Counted from the first letter of the stretch, positions 18,725 to 32,099 are shown. The stretch: 64,000 nt of DNA from an uncultured Clostridia bacterium (GCA_934274515.1 CAKQTC010000001.1:141491-205490), one strand, 5' to 3'. Made by a program: numbers and translations. Notes: generated from the letters alone by a model not told the origin.

Positions 18725-19816
18725 ATGAAAAAACCTAGCGCGGAATTTATCGTCAAACTTCTGCTCGTCGCCGCGGCGGCGTTTTTCGTGTTTAATTTCG
18801 CGTCCGTAAGCGGTTTTGTAACAAAACTTTTCAAAATTCTGCAACCCGTCATAATCGGCGTCGTGCTTGCCCTCGCGATGAGCGTGCCTCTGTCGTTTTT
18901 CGAGCGAAAAGTTTTCAAAAACGTTAAAAATCCGAAAATAAAAGAACTTTTTTGCCTTTCTCTTACTTTCTTAATCTTCGGAGGTATCGTCGCGCTGCTT
19001 GCAGTGCTTATTATTCCGCAGGGCGTCAAAAGCGTCAAAGAAATCATCGAAAAATTCTCTTCGGGTACGGTAACCGCCGCAGTAGGAGAAATAAAAGGTC
19101 TTGAATTTTTGCGCCCCGCACTTGAAAAAGCGTATAAATTTATAGTCGATAAAATATCCGATTACGTTCCGCAAATTATCAATTTAATGCAATCGCTTTT
19201 TACCGGATTATACAACGTTTTATTCGGAATAGTCGTTGCGATAATGTTGATTACCGGTAGAAAAGAAGTAAAATCTCGTCTAAAAAAAGCAATAGGTTTG
19301 TTGTTCAAAGACAAAAATATCAAAGTACATTCTTTCCTTACGGGCGCAACGGAAAAATTCTCGAAGTATCTCGGCGGTCAACTCACCGAAGCGTGTATTT
19401 TAGGTTTTGCCTGCTACGTTACGATGCTTATTCTTAAAGTTCCATACGCGGCTTTGGTATCCCTAATCGTAGGATTTATGAACCTTATTCCGATATTAGG
19501 CGCATACATTGCAGGAACGATAGGTACCGTTATCGTATTCGCCGCATCGCCCGACAAAGCCTTGGTCTTTCTGATAGCCGTAATAATATTGCAGCAGATA
19601 GAAGGCTTCACCACCTATCCCGTGATAGTCGGGAAATACGTAGGTTTAAGCGGTTTTTGGATAACCGTATCCATAATAATTTGCGGCGGAATTTTCGGAT
19701 TTTGGGGAATGTTTCTCGGAGTTCCGACTACCGCGTTTTTATTCGATTTGTTTGATAATTACTCCGCAAAAAAGAACGCGGAAAATGCTTTTTTTAAGTC
19801 TTTAAGAAAACAATAG
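18725..19816 (+). CDS. AI-2E family transporter (PerM/UPF0118)
   Basis: Start taken at MKKPSAEF. Multi-TM protein with the characteristic FMNLIPILGAYIAG...ILQQIEG...P.IVGK block. Confidence 0.8.
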   Translation: MKKPSAEFIVKLLLVAAAAFFVFNFASVSGFVTKLFKILQPVIIGVVLALAMSVPLSFFERKVFKNVKNPKIKELFCLSLTFLIFGGIVALLAVLIIPQGVKSVKEIIEKFSSGTVTAAVGEIKGLEFLRPALEKAYKFIVDKISDYVPQIINLMQSLFTGLYNVLFGIVVAIMLITGRKEVKSRLKKAIGLLFKDKNIKVHSFLTGATEKFSKYLGGQLTEACILGFACYVTMLILKVPYAALVSLIVGFMNLIPILGAYIAGTIGTVIVFAASPDKALVFLIAVIILQQIEGFTTYPVIVGKYVGLSGFWITVSIIICGGIFGFWGMFLGVPTTAFLFDLFDNYSAKKNAENAFFKSLRKQ

Positions 19817-20680
19817 CGGTTTACCTAAAAACGCCAGCGAAAGCAAAACGCCGACTCCGAGCGCGACTACCTGCCCTAGCAAATACACGGCGAGCGAGTG
19901 CCTGCCTGCTACGGTAAACACGTTATGCCAACACCCGTCAAGCAAAGGAAACAGCGATTTTTTCTTTCGATAAAATATTTTCGATATTCCTGCTCCGAAA
20001 AAGAAAAAGGAAACAAACGGGAAAATAGGGAAATAATCCGCAGTCGCCCATTCCCTCGTGTAAAACAACATTCCGAAGATTTTTCCGTCGAGTTCGCTTA
20101 CCGCATAGTAACTTTCCACGTCCGAAAATCTAGGATTATACTTAAAATTGACCCAAAGCGTTATCGCGGAAATCGCAAACATCAAAGTTGCGTTTATCAC
20201 GGTCTTCACTATCGCATTTAACGGTTTTTTCGTTATTTTTTCGGCAATAAAAAATACTCCGCGTATCAAAAAATCGACTAACGAATAAATTAAAATAACC
20301 GCGGCAAGACAGTGTAAAACGCCAAACAAGACGAATACTCCGTCCCCTCCCAACTCTTCGGCAAGAAAGGTGAGAAGGCTTATGCAGAGCGCGACGCACC
20401 AAAGTTTTACTCCGCGAAGAAAATTGTTTTTCGACATCGAAGTGCAAATGCCCGCGACGCAAAAAAACACGAACAGGAAAGCGGGACGCCAAAAAGCGCG
20501 TATATCGCCCGTGAGGTACGAGTACGATATCGCGTTAATTTTTTCCAAAAAAGGCACGCCTGATTCGCCCCAAGCGAAGAAAATCCGCGCGTAGTCGTAA
20601 AAAGCGTGGTCGAATACGACGAGAATTATCGCCAACCCTCGCCAAAAGTCTAATTCCCACACTCTTTTCTTCTTAATCAT
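19802..20680 (-). CDS. DUF1624 / heparan-alpha-glucosaminide N-acetyltransferase-like membrane protein
   Basis: 292 aa. The N-terminal motif ELDFWRGLAIILVVFDH is followed by multiple TM helices. The 3' end overlaps the convergent transporter gene by 15 nt. Confidence 0.65.
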   Translation of the reverse strand: MIKKKRVWELDFWRGLAIILVVFDHAFYDYARIFFAWGESGVPFLEKINAISYSYLTGDIRAFWRPAFLFVFFCVAGICTSMSKNNFLRGVKLWCVALCISLLTFLAEELGGDGVFVLFGVLHCLAAVILIYSLVDFLIRGVFFIAEKITKKPLNAIVKTVINATLMFAISAITLWVNFKYNPRFSDVESYYAVSELDGKIFGMLFYTREWATADYFPIFPFVSFFFFGAGISKIFYRKKKSLFPLLDGCWHNVFTVAGRHSLAVYLLGQVVALGVGVLLSLAFLGKPLLFS

Positions 20681-21411
20681 TATTTGTATTCAACCCCGAT
20701 ATAAACGGTTTTATCTCCCGTCAAACGAAACAGTTCGAACCTGTCCTTGTATTCATGCACGAGTATGCTCGGATTGAGTTTTGAAAAATACACTTCGGGT
20801 ATCTCTTTTTTCGGCACACTTTCCATCTTCGGTTTCGCTTTCGTTTCTCTTTTCACGGGAACCCAGTCGAAAAGCAGTTCTCCTGCTTTCCGTCTTTCGT
20901 CGTCCGCGTCGTCTTCCTCCATATCGACGAGATATTCGGGCGTTTCTTCCTCTTTTTTCGGCGGTTTCTCTTCTTTTTCGTTTTCGTCGAAAACGGGATA
21001 CTCGCCTTCGGGCGGGCTAAACGAACGTTCTTCTTTTTCCCGTCTAAGGCGTTCCGCCTGTTCTTCCGCGGCAAATTTTTCTTCCGCCCACTCGTCGTTC
21101 AGCCTATCTCTATGGCGCGTAACCGCGCTTTTAACGGGCAAAACGAACACGTTCCTCACGGAAATAATTACCGCGCAAACAACGCACGCCACGCCGCCCG
21201 ACAGATATATAACGCTATAAACGTCGAATCCGAACGGGTTAAACCCCGCTCCGTAATAAAGAATAACCCCGAGCAGCGCATAAAGAGCAGGCAACCACAG
21301 TCCGAAAGTTACCAAAACTTTGAGCAACAAACGGACTATACCTTTGATTATTGCGGCAAATCCGCCTGCTATTGCTCCTATTATGTCGCCGAAGGAGTTT
21401 TTCTTTTTCAT
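20680..21411 (-). CDS. Hypothetical membrane protein with an acidic Glu/Lys-rich linker
   Basis: 243 aa with about 3 N-terminal TM helices, then a low-complexity stretch (EEKPPKKEEETPEYLVDMEEDDADDE). The stop overlaps the downstream start (TAATG), suggesting translational coupling. Confidence 0.55.
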   Translation of the reverse strand: MKKKNSFGDIIGAIAGGFAAIIKGIVRLLLKVLVTFGLWLPALYALLGVILYYGAGFNPFGFDVYSVIYLSGGVACVVCAVIISVRNVFVLPVKSAVTRHRDRLNDEWAEEKFAAEEQAERLRREKEERSFSPPEGEYPVFDENEKEEKPPKKEEETPEYLVDMEEDDADDERRKAGELLFDWVPVKRETKAKPKMESVPKKEIPEVYFSKLNPSILVHEYKDRFELFRLTGDKTVYIGVEYK

Positions 21412-21472
21412 AGGAGTTCGTATCCCTTTCCGTAATTGACTTAACCGTAAAAACTAACGTTTTTTACGGCTT

Positions 21473-22735
21473 TTATTTCAATACATCCGTTCCCATATAC
21501 TTCCTAAGCACTTCGGGTACGGTTATCGTGCCGTCTTCGTTTTGATAGTTTTCGAGTATCGCCGCTACCGTTCTGCCGACAGCAAGTCCGCTTCCGTTTA
21601 ACGTATGGACGAGTTTTACTTTACCGTCGGTATCTCTGAACTTGATGTTCGCTCTGCGCGCTTGAAAATCGATATAGTTGCTGCAAGAAGAAATTTCCAC
21701 AAATCTTCCGTACGACGGCATCCATACTTCGATGTCATAGGTTTTGCAAGACCCGAAACCCACGTCGCCCGTAGAAAGACAAACGACCCGATAAGGAATT
21801 TTTAGTCCTCGTAAAATACTTTCCGCTTCGTGCGTCAAATCTTCGAGTTCGTCAAAACTCGTTTCCGGTCTTGTAAACTTGACCAGTTCTACTTTATTGA
21901 ACTGATGTTGACGAATAAGCCCTCTCGTATCTCTTCCCGCGCTGCCCGCTTCGCCCCTAAAACACGCCGTGTACGCGCAATACTTTATCGGCAAATCTTT
22001 CGCCGCAAGTATTTCGTTGGCGTGTAGGTTCGTTACGGGAACTTCCGCCGTAGGAACGAGATAATAGTCGGTGTTTTTTACCGCGTACATATCTTCTTCG
22101 AACTTCGGCAACTGCCCGGTGCCTATCATAGAGTTCTTGTTTACCATAAACGGGGGAAGGATTTCTTCATAACCGTTTGCGGTGTGCGTGTCGAGCATAT
22201 AATTTATCACCGCTCTTTCAAGTCTTGCGCCCTGTCCGTGATAAACGGTAAAACGCGCTCCCGTGATTTTAGCCGCTTGCTGAGGATTAAACCAACCGTA
22301 TTTTTCTCCGATGTCCCAGTGCGCAAGAGGCGTGAAAGAAAACTCGGTAGGTTGCAGATATCTTCTTACTTCCACGTTGTAACTGTCGTCCGGTCCGACG
22401 GGGAGACTGTCGTCTACAAGGTTCGGAATAACGTACATTATCTCGGTAAGACGTGCTTCTATTTCGGTAAGACGCGCGTCGAGTTTTTTGATTTCTTCGC
22501 CTTTTGCTTTCATAGCGACAATCAAATCGTCGCACGGCTGTTTGTTTTTCTTCATTACGGCAATGTCCGCGCTTGCCTTGTTCTTTTCCGCTTTGAGCGT
22601 TTCCGTCTGTTTAATCGTCGCGCGACGTTCGGCGGCGAGTTCTGTAAGTTCGCTCAAATCGAGTTTACTGTTTCTCTTGGCAAGTTTGTCCTTAACCAAA
22701 TCGATGTTGTCGCATACAAATCTTAAATCCAGCAT
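21473..22735 (-). CDS. serS: Seryl-tRNA synthetase
   Basis: 420 aa with an N-terminal coiled-coil arm (MLDLRFV...), class II motifs (FRGEAGSAGRDTRGLIRQHQF) and GSGLAVGRT. SD ggag is upstream. Confidence 0.95.
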   Translation of the reverse strand: MLDLRFVCDNIDLVKDKLAKRNSKLDLSELTELAAERRATIKQTETLKAEKNKASADIAVMKKNKQPCDDLIVAMKAKGEEIKKLDARLTEIEARLTEIMYVIPNLVDDSLPVGPDDSYNVEVRRYLQPTEFSFTPLAHWDIGEKYGWFNPQQAAKITGARFTVYHGQGARLERAVINYMLDTHTANGYEEILPPFMVNKNSMIGTGQLPKFEEDMYAVKNTDYYLVPTAEVPVTNLHANEILAAKDLPIKYCAYTACFRGEAGSAGRDTRGLIRQHQFNKVELVKFTRPETSFDELEDLTHEAESILRGLKIPYRVVCLSTGDVGFGSCKTYDIEVWMPSYGRFVEISSCSNYIDFQARRANIKFRDTDGKVKLVHTLNGSGLAVGRTVAAILENYQNEDGTITVPEVLRKYMGTDVLK

Positions 22736-22886
22736 TTTTTATCTCCAAAAAAATATTCATTCGTTTATAAGAATTAATATTTATTTTACTACATAACAAC
22801 TCATAATGCAATAATTTAATTCTGCCTTGAAAAAAATAATCACTTTTTCCGCGTTTTCGACATATTATGACAAAAACGGAGACGCT

Positions 22887-23291
22887 ATGCCTAACAATCT
22901 CGAACAACTTGCACGCGAATATCGCACCGCTCTGGAAAATTCCGACGACGGGGCGACCACGATAGAACAAATCGTCATTCTCGAAGAAAATCAACTCGAT
23001 TATCTCGTCGGTATGCTGCCGCGCGCCGCCTGCCAACAACGCAGAACGCTTAACTATCTCAAAAACGTAATCTACCGCTCGCTCGCAAAACTAAACGGTT
23101 TAATAAAAAACACGTCGTACATTCCGTCGTTTCGAAACGTAAACGTGCCGTGTCAGTCGCTTAAAAGTGCGTTTATAAGTACCCAAATAAGTATTTTCGT
23201 GCTTCTCGACCGACTGCCTCTGCCCTATTCGGACATAGCGGAAGTACTTACTTACGAGAATAGAAAACTCGGACTACTCTCCCTTCTATGA
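22887..23291 (+). CDS. Hypothetical protein
   Basis: ATG at 22887 with ggag 5 nt upstream. The track's longer version starts at a TTG. No confident motif. The C-terminus LPLPYSDIAEVL is faintly like sigma region 4. Confidence 0.4.
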   Translation: MPNNLEQLAREYRTALENSDDGATTIEQIVILEENQLDYLVGMLPRAACQQRRTLNYLKNVIYRSLAKLNGLIKNTSYIPSFRNVNVPCQSLKSAFISTQISIFVLLDRLPLPYSDIAEVLTYENRKLGLLSLL

Positions 23292-23322
23292 AATGTCCCG
23301 AACGCGCGTTCGGGACGATAAA

Positions 23323-24132
23323 TTATAATTTCCGGAACGTCCTTATCTCGAACGCCGTATTGACGGTTAGTTCGGATACGTCGTTTATCCTTTCTAATTT
23401 TTCCGTTGACGTGTGGTAGTAATACGGCGTCATCTTAACAAGCGCCGCAATGTCGTCTTTATCCCCCGTAAACTCGCTCTCCGCCTTTTCCACGCTCACC
23501 GTTTCGTATCCGTCAAAACTCGTTTCGTCCTCTTCGTTGTATCTAGGGGCGTCGTACAAAAATTCTTTCAGTCCGTACAGGTGTTCCTTCGCGGGTACGA
23601 CGCGCAAAAACAACGCGCCTTGCTTGCTAATTCGGCTAAACTCGCTTGCGTACACCGGCGCGAAAGCGCATATCACCGCGTCCGCCATACCGCTTTCAAG
23701 CGGTATGTTTTTACTGCTCGCTACGGCGAAAGCAGGCTTTTTATATAATTTGCTCGCTTGCTCTATTGCATACTTTGAGATGTCCGTACCGATAACTTCG
23801 GTATCCTTAAACGCCTCTTTTAATCTAAACGGCAAATATCCTGTTCCGCACCCGGCGTCAACTATTCTCTTCGGAGCGAGCGGAGTTATTTTTTCGATTA
23901 ACCTTTCCGCTAGCGTTTTGTAATAGCCTTTATTCATTACTTTTACCCTTGCGGCAATCATTTCCTTGTTATCTCCGGGATTGAGCGAGTTCTTTTTATC
24001 GACGGGCAATAAGTTTACGTAGCCTGCTTTTGCCACGTCGAAACAATGGTTGTTTACGCAATATAAACTTTTCCCTTGCGGTATAAGAGTTTCCCCGCAA
24101 AAAGGACATATAAAAGTATCGTTTTGTATCAT
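23323..24132 (-). CDS. rlmA: 23S rRNA (guanine-N1)-methyltransferase RlmA-type
   Basis: 269 aa. N-terminal Zn-ribbon CPFCGETL...CVNNHCFD, the YVNLLP motif, and the SAM motif VDAGCGTGY. Confidence 0.8.
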   Translation of the reverse strand: MIQNDTFICPFCGETLIPQGKSLYCVNNHCFDVAKAGYVNLLPVDKKNSLNPGDNKEMIAARVKVMNKGYYKTLAERLIEKITPLAPKRIVDAGCGTGYLPFRLKEAFKDTEVIGTDISKYAIEQASKLYKKPAFAVASSKNIPLESGMADAVICAFAPVYASEFSRISKQGALFLRVVPAKEHLYGLKEFLYDAPRYNEEDETSFDGYETVSVEKAESEFTGDKDDIAALVKMTPYYYHTSTEKLERINDVSELTVNTAFEIRTFRKL

Positions 24133-24144
24133 TTTTTCCTTTAT

Positions 24145-26499
24145 TTATACAAGGTATTCGAGCGCGGCTGCTTTTGCGTTTTTGGAAAAACCGCTTTTCT
24201 TAATTGCTTTTACAAGTTCGTCTTTATCGGTTATTTTGCCGATTTTGCCGTATTTTGCCTGTTTAATCAGGTTGTTGCCTTGTACTCTGCTAAAAATTTC
24301 GTTTACTCTTTCGCGCAAATCGCCGTTAGTTTTGCCTTGGACGTTATCGACAGTGACCTTTGTTCCGACCGCGCTTTCGACTTCTACTATTATTCCGCCA
24401 CTCGGCATTTCTTTCCCGTTTACGGCAACGTTGCCGTTTTCTACGTCCTTAAAGCAGATTTCGTACTCTCTTTTTTCGGGAACGAGCGATAAATCGCCTT
24501 TCGTCGGGCAAATCGTGAGTGTAAGCGAGTCGCCGTTTTCTTCTATTATATACTCGGTCGTCGCATACGCGCCGTTTAAGTAGTCGTTCGTTTTTCCATC
24601 GTCTTCGTACAATTCGTAATTCCCGTTACCCCTGTACGCCAAAAGTTTTATTCGCTTCGGGTTTTCGCAACCGTTTCCTTTGTCGTTCGATAACGGTATT
24701 ATCGTCCCTTCTTTTGCCAAAACGGGGATAAACTCGACGTCGCGGAACATTTTAATTTTCTGTCCGCCTTTATAAACTCGCCCGGTAAACACGTCGGTAT
24801 ATCTTGCCTTTTCGGGCAACCATACCGTAACCGACGCGAGTTTCGTGCGTTTGTCCGTTTTTTCGGTTATCGGACAAACTATAAGTTTTTCTCCGAAAAA
24901 GTACTGATTTTTCACTTCGTACGCTTCTTTTTGGTCGGGAAAGCGGTAATACATCGGTTCGCAAAGCGCGATATTGTGCTTATGCGTGCGGTACGACGCG
25001 GTGTATATATACGGAATAAGCGCGTGTCTTAGTCTGAGATAATCGCACGTTATTCTTCTCACCGTTTCGCTATGTTTCCACGGTTCCTTCCCTTGCAAAG
25101 CAAAACAAGTGCTGTGTAGCCTGTTAATCGGGCTAAACGTTCCGTATTGACACCATCTCAAATACAGTTCGTCGTCGTAAACTCCGAAAGCATGTCCGCC
25201 TATGTCGTGGCTCCACCAGTCGTAGCCTACGTTGCTCGCCCTGTTCGTAAACTCGGGTTGAAAATTTAGACTCGACCATCTGACAACGTAATCTCCGCTA
25301 AACCCCAACGGGTATCTTTGCGCGCCTACGCCGCAAAATCTAGATAAAATAAGCCCTCTACGAGCGTTTCTCGAATTGTCCAGGTAATGATAATGGTTTA
25401 ACAGCCATAACGGGTCCACGTTTTTTACCGTGGATTTCGTGCCTTGTTGCCAGTCAATCCACCAAAAATCCACGCCGTCCTTTTCGTAAGGATGGTGCAT
25501 GACGTCAAAATACGCGTTGATAAACTCGTTGCTTGCAAAATCAAACGGTACGTCTTGTTTCGTCGTCGGGTCGATATTCATCGCGCGCGCCATTTCGGGA
25601 TACGCGTCTTCATAACTTCTTATTCCCGACGCAGGGTGAAGATTTAGCGTAACGTGATAGTTATGCTCGTGCAACCATCTTAAAAACGCTTTATAATCGG
25701 GGAATAGGTCGGTATTCCAACTATATCCCGTCCATCCTTCCGGTTGAAAAGGGTTTTTCGACGTGTAATGCGTGCCGAATTTTTTGTTTACCTGCACCCA
25801 GTGCCAGTCCATATCTACGGTAGCGACGGTTATCGGCACGTTTTCCTTTTCAAACCGTTTCATAAGTCCGATATACTCGTCCTGCGTATAGGCGTAGTAT
25901 CTACTCCACCAGTTACCGAGGACGTACCTGGGCAGCATAGGCGTTGCTCCCGTAAGATAAAAATAATCGTCGAGAGCCTTTTCATACTCTTTGCCTGCGG
26001 CGAAAATATACAAATCCGTTTCTTTCGCTTTTCTCTCGCGCACAACTCCGTCGTCGCAAAGCGCGAGTCCGTCGTCGCGCAGCACGGCAACGCCGTTTCT
26101 CGACAAAACGCCGTTCCCGAGCCGAACTTTGCCTATCCTCATATCCAGCGTTCGACAAGTGCCGCCTAGATTTCCGCGATTGTTCGCTTTGACCGTTCTC
26201 CCGTCCTTAAAAACAACCGCTTCTACTCTCTTTTTTCGCGTATCGAAAACAAACGTGCATTTTGCCGTAACTATTCTGCGTGCTTTTCCGTTTGTTTCTT
26301 CGGTAAAATCAACCGCTTTGAAATCTCGGTTCCAGACGTGCTGCGTCGCGTCGTCGGTAAAAATACCGTCTTTTTGCGTTTCTACGCGTAAAAGCGTGTC
26401 GCTAAGCACGGTAAGCCTGTACCCGTCGCCGTAAATAACGTTATTTTCGTCGGCAAGCGGTCTTGTCTTCGCTATAAGATGCGCGTTAAGTTTCATCAT
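24145..26499 (-). CDS. Glycoside hydrolase family 31 (alpha-glucosidase/alpha-xylosidase-like)
   Basis: About 784 aa from ATG 26499, with ggag 5 nt upstream. Contains DMDWH, GVDFWWIDWQQG and WSHDIGGH blocks typical of GH31. Confidence 0.7.
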   Translation of the reverse strand: MMKLNAHLIAKTRPLADENNVIYGDGYRLTVLSDTLLRVETQKDGIFTDDATQHVWNRDFKAVDFTEETNGKARRIVTAKCTFVFDTRKKRVEAVVFKDGRTVKANNRGNLGGTCRTLDMRIGKVRLGNGVLSRNGVAVLRDDGLALCDDGVVRERKAKETDLYIFAAGKEYEKALDDYFYLTGATPMLPRYVLGNWWSRYYAYTQDEYIGLMKRFEKENVPITVATVDMDWHWVQVNKKFGTHYTSKNPFQPEGWTGYSWNTDLFPDYKAFLRWLHEHNYHVTLNLHPASGIRSYEDAYPEMARAMNIDPTTKQDVPFDFASNEFINAYFDVMHHPYEKDGVDFWWIDWQQGTKSTVKNVDPLWLLNHYHYLDNSRNARRGLILSRFCGVGAQRYPLGFSGDYVVRWSSLNFQPEFTNRASNVGYDWWSHDIGGHAFGVYDDELYLRWCQYGTFSPINRLHSTCFALQGKEPWKHSETVRRITCDYLRLRHALIPYIYTASYRTHKHNIALCEPMYYRFPDQKEAYEVKNQYFFGEKLIVCPITEKTDKRTKLASVTVWLPEKARYTDVFTGRVYKGGQKIKMFRDVEFIPVLAKEGTIIPLSNDKGNGCENPKRIKLLAYRGNGNYELYEDDGKTNDYLNGAYATTEYIIEENGDSLTLTICPTKGDLSLVPEKREYEICFKDVENGNVAVNGKEMPSGGIIVEVESAVGTKVTVDNVQGKTNGDLRERVNEIFSRVQGNNLIKQAKYGKIGKITDKDELVKAIKKSGFSKNAKAAALEYLV

Positions 26500-26578
26500 T
26501 TTTTCTCCGTACAACCCCTACGCCGCGCTACGTTTCCGCGACGTAAACAAACGTCTATCGATTATCCTGTTACCTTTT

Positions 26579-27448
26579 TTATTCGATGTACGTTCTTAGC
26601 GTATTATGCACTATTCGACAATCCAACACTTTCTCTTCCATAACCTCGCCGTCGGCTTGTACTTTGCCTTCGTCAAGCATTTCTATTCTCGCACTGTCGC
26701 ACAGATATTGCTCGGTACAAGGTTCGTTTACGTGTTTTCCTTTCAAAAATTTCAGCAACAGTCCGAGTACTTTTCTCGGTTTAATCTCGTTCACGATGAC
26801 AACGTTGAGTTTACCGTCGTTAAGTACGGACGCCGGGCTTATCGGCATTCCTCCGCCTATGTAAATCCCGTTTGCGATGCTAATTAAGAATACGCTTTTT
26901 TCCGCCGGCGCACCGCCGTCTATGGATACCCGCACTTTATGAAATTTAAGGTGCAACAGCACGCTGATTAAACTCGCGTAATATTTCGCTTTGCCCCTAA
27001 AACATTTCATTTCGGCGTATTTGACAAGTACGTCGGTATCCATTCCTCCTCCTGCGACGTTAAGACACCGTTTACCGTTCATATCGATAAAATCGGTGTA
27101 TCCCGTCTTCCCGTCGAGTATTCTTTTCACCGCTTTTTGCGTGTCGGTAGGTATATCCGTCGCCTTAACGTAATCGTTGCCCGTACCGCAAGGAACAAAC
27201 CCTACCGTCGTGTTCTCAAAATCAACGATACCGTTAAGAACTTCGTTAAACGTTCCGTCACCGCCTAACACAACCAAATCCGCGCCATTTTTCGTCAACT
27301 CTTTGGTGATTTCCGTTGCGTCGCCGCATTTTTCGGTCATATGCACGTCGTATTCGACGCCGTTTTTAGCAAAAATCTCTTCGGTCTTTGCCAAAACTTC
27401 GACCGCTCTCCCTTTCCCTGCTACCGGGTTTACGATTATACGATACAT
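26579..27448 (-). CDS. Diacylglycerol/lipid kinase family protein (DagK/YegS-like)
   Basis: 289 aa. Starts IIVNPVAGKG and carries the GGDGTFNEV catalytic motif. Confidence 0.85.
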   Translation of the reverse strand: MYRIIVNPVAGKGRAVEVLAKTEEIFAKNGVEYDVHMTEKCGDATEITKELTKNGADLVVLGGDGTFNEVLNGIVDFENTTVGFVPCGTGNDYVKATDIPTDTQKAVKRILDGKTGYTDFIDMNGKRCLNVAGGGMDTDVLVKYAEMKCFRGKAKYYASLISVLLHLKFHKVRVSIDGGAPAEKSVFLISIANGIYIGGGMPISPASVLNDGKLNVVIVNEIKPRKVLGLLLKFLKGKHVNEPCTEQYLCDSARIEMLDEGKVQADGEVMEEKVLDCRIVHNTLRTYIE

Positions 27449-27522
27449 TTCAAACCTCCGCTCATTTTCTTTTTTTAACGGGAAACCGCCGCTTAAAAAG
27501 CGACGGTTGTTAAACGATTTTT

Positions 27523-30111
27523 TTATTTTTCTTCTTTTTCGTTGCTCTCGGACGTGACGGCCGTTTCTTCGGTTTCTTCGTCCGACCTAGCGTTCGCTTC
27601 CTCTTGCGCTTCTTTAAGCGCGTCTTCGTCCACTTCCACCTCGTCGAAATCCGCTTCGTCGTCGTGCATCGTTATCGCCATAGAAACGACTTTCGCGTCG
27701 CCTTTAAGTTTCATTATCGTGACGCCTTTCGTGCTTCTGCCTATCTTGCTAACTTGCGACGCGCGTATCCTTATCATCGTTCCGTTGTCCGCTATAAGTA
27801 TTATATCGTCCTCGTCGCCGACTAGTTTCATATTGACAAGCAAGCCCGTCTTTTCGTTAAAGTTCCCCGCTTTAATGCCTTTGCCCGCTCTCGACTGTAC
27901 TCTGAATTCGCTCACGTCCGTACGTTTGCCGAACCCGTTTTCGCTTATCGTAATCACGTTAAGCCCGTCGTCGATAATCGCCATATCCACGAGATAGTCG
28001 CCGTCGTCGAGTTTGATACTGCGCACCCCTTGGCTGCCTCTGCCCGTTCTCCTTACGTCTTTTTCCGAGAACCTTATGCACTTGCCGTTGTGGCTGGCTA
28101 CAAGTATGTCTTGCTCTCCGTTCGTCATCTCGACCGCAATAAGTTCGTCGTCGCCCAGCAACGTAATCGCAAGTTTACCGTTTGCTCGAACCGATTCAAA
28201 CTCGTTGATTTCGCTCTTACGAATCAGCCCGTCGCGCGTCGCCATAACGATGTATCCGTCGTTGTATTCCTTAATAGGCAAAAACGCCGTGATTCTTTCG
28301 CCTTCGGCAAGCGGAAGAACGTTAACCATCGCTCTGCCTTTTGCCGTTTTCGTCGCTTCGGGTACCCTGTACGCCCTAATTCGGTATGCTCTACCGCGGT
28401 TACTGAAAAACAGCAGGTCATCGTGCGTGTTGCAGACGAACATCTTTTTGACGAAGTCTTCTTCTTTGGTTTTGTGCGCCGTTACGCCTACTCCGCCGCG
28501 GTTTTGCGCTTTGTACTCGTTTACGGGTATTCTCTTGATATAACCTTGATACGTCATCGAGATAACTATATCTTCTTGGGCGATAAGGTCTTCTATGTCG
28601 ATTTCGCTATCGTCGTAACTCAATTCGCTTCGTCTAGGAACTCCGTACGTATCCCTTACTTGCGCGAGTTCGTCACCGATAATCTTTCTTACTCTTTCGG
28701 GTTTGGCAAGTATGTCGGTAAGGTCCGCTATCGTAAGTTGCAGTTCTTCTTCTTCCGCTTTAAGTTTTTCCACTTGCAGTCCCGTTAAACTCGCAAGACG
28801 CATATCGAGTATCGCGTTCGCTTGTTTTTCGCTTAATAAAAAGTTATCCATAAGCGCGGAACACGCGACCTGTCTTTCTCTGCTTTCTTTAATAACTTTG
28901 ATGACTTCGTCGATGTTCGCGATTGCGATAATCAGCCCTTTTACGATATGCTCTCTTTCGATTGCTTTGTTAAGGTTAAATCTCGTTCTTCTTTCGATAA
29001 CGTTTACCTGATGCGCAAGGTATTCGGAAAGCATCTCTTTAAGGTTAAGCACAACCGGTTTACCCCTTACTAGCGCAAGGAAGTTAATACCCGTGGACAC
29101 CTGCATATTCGTCTGTTTGTATAACGTGTTAAGCACTACGTTCGCGCTAAAATCACGTTTAACTTCGATGACGACGCGCATGCCGAAACGGTCGCTTTCT
29201 TCCCTTATATCGCTTATACCGTCGAGTTTCTTGTCTTTAACTTGGTCGGCTATGTTCTTTATAAGCAACGCTTTATTGACTTGATACGGTAGTTCGGTAA
29301 CGATAATGCGTTCTTTGCCGTTATGTTCTTCTATTTCGGCGCGAGCGCGCATAACAACGCCGCCGTGTCCCGTTCTGTACGCCTGCGCTACCGCCGCTCT
29401 ACCCATAACGAGCGCGCCCGTCGGATAGTCGGGGGCGGGTATGTACGTCATAAGTTCGTCAACCGTAATTTCCGGATTTTCGAGAAGCGCAATCGTTCCG
29501 TTGATTACTTCCGTCATATTGTGCGGCGGAATACTCGTCGCCATACCGACCGCTATACCTTCGCTGCCGTTTACCAAAAGGTTCGGAAAATGCGCCGGAA
29601 GAACGACCGGTTGCATAAGCGTGTCGTCGAAGTTCGGATAAAAATCAACGGTTTCTTTATCTATGTCCCTGAGCATTTCGCTCGCTATCCTGCTAAGACG
29701 CGCTTCGGTATATCTCTGCGCCGCCGCAGGGTCGCCGTCTACCGTACCGAAGTTTCCTTGTCCTTCGACAAGCGGTACGTTTATGCTGAACCATTGCGCA
29801 AGCCTTACGAGTGCGTCGTAAACCGACGAGTCGCCGTGCGGATGGTATTTACCGAGAACTTCACCGACGATACGCGCGCATTTCTTGGTCGGCTTGTCGT
29901 ACGTATTCCCCATATCGTACATTGCATACAAAATTCTTCTGTGAACGGGTTTTAGCCCGTCTCTTACGTCGGGGATTGCACGGCTTACGTTGACCGCCAT
30001 GGCGTAACTGATGAAGCATTTGCTCATCTGATCGCGTACGTTTACGGGAATTATTCGTGTTTTGGAAAGTATCTCCTTGATGTTTTCCAGTTCGTTATCT
30101 TTCTTTGCCAT
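27523..30111 (-). CDS. gyrA: DNA gyrase subunit A
   Basis: Contains [26 protein letters not shown] and the active-site region. The beta-pinwheel C-terminal domain ends in an acidic tail. Start taken at MAKKDNE (ATG 30111) with SD gggaggac, rather than the upstream in-frame codon. Confidence 0.95.
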   Translation of the reverse strand: MAKKDNELENIKEILSKTRIIPVNVRDQMSKCFISYAMAVNVSRAIPDVRDGLKPVHRRILYAMYDMGNTYDKPTKKCARIVGEVLGKYHPHGDSSVYDALVRLAQWFSINVPLVEGQGNFGTVDGDPAAAQRYTEARLSRIASEMLRDIDKETVDFYPNFDDTLMQPVVLPAHFPNLLVNGSEGIAVGMATSIPPHNMTEVINGTIALLENPEITVDELMTYIPAPDYPTGALVMGRAAVAQAYRTGHGGVVMRARAEIEEHNGKERIIVTELPYQVNKALLIKNIADQVKDKKLDGISDIREESDRFGMRVVIEVKRDFSANVVLNTLYKQTNMQVSTGINFLALVRGKPVVLNLKEMLSEYLAHQVNVIERRTRFNLNKAIEREHIVKGLIIAIANIDEVIKVIKESRERQVACSALMDNFLLSEKQANAILDMRLASLTGLQVEKLKAEEEELQLTIADLTDILAKPERVRKIIGDELAQVRDTYGVPRRSELSYDDSEIDIEDLIAQEDIVISMTYQGYIKRIPVNEYKAQNRGGVGVTAHKTKEEDFVKKMFVCNTHDDLLFFSNRGRAYRIRAYRVPEATKTAKGRAMVNVLPLAEGERITAFLPIKEYNDGYIVMATRDGLIRKSEINEFESVRANGKLAITLLGDDELIAVEMTNGEQDILVASHNGKCIRFSEKDVRRTGRGSQGVRSIKLDDGDYLVDMAIIDDGLNVITISENGFGKRTDVSEFRVQSRAGKGIKAGNFNEKTGLLVNMKLVGDEDDIILIADNGTMIRIRASQVSKIGRSTKGVTIMKLKGDAKVVSMAITMHDDEADFDEVEVDEDALKEAQEEANARSDEETEETAVTSESNEKEEK

Positions 30112-30121
30112 TTTGTCCTCC

Positions 30122-32029
<1,908 letters not shown>

Positions 32030-32099
32030 TTACTCGCTCCTTATATTAATATAAATATATATTATATACTATATCATTAATTAAATAAAATGTCAATGA

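Noticed and set aside
18604-19047. The N-terminal 148 codons of the 482-aa ORF 17599-19047.
   Set aside because: This stretch overlaps the plus-strand AI-2E transporter gene and has an odd composition. An internal ATG at 18603 has a proper AGGAG SD. I trimmed the gene to 17599-18603.
22736-22886. A T-box leader upstream of serS (and likewise upstream of cysE at 41517-41530).
   Set aside because: The intergenic spaces are only about 150 nt (shared with a divergent gene) and 14 nt. They have no T-box sequence and no terminator/antiterminator pair.
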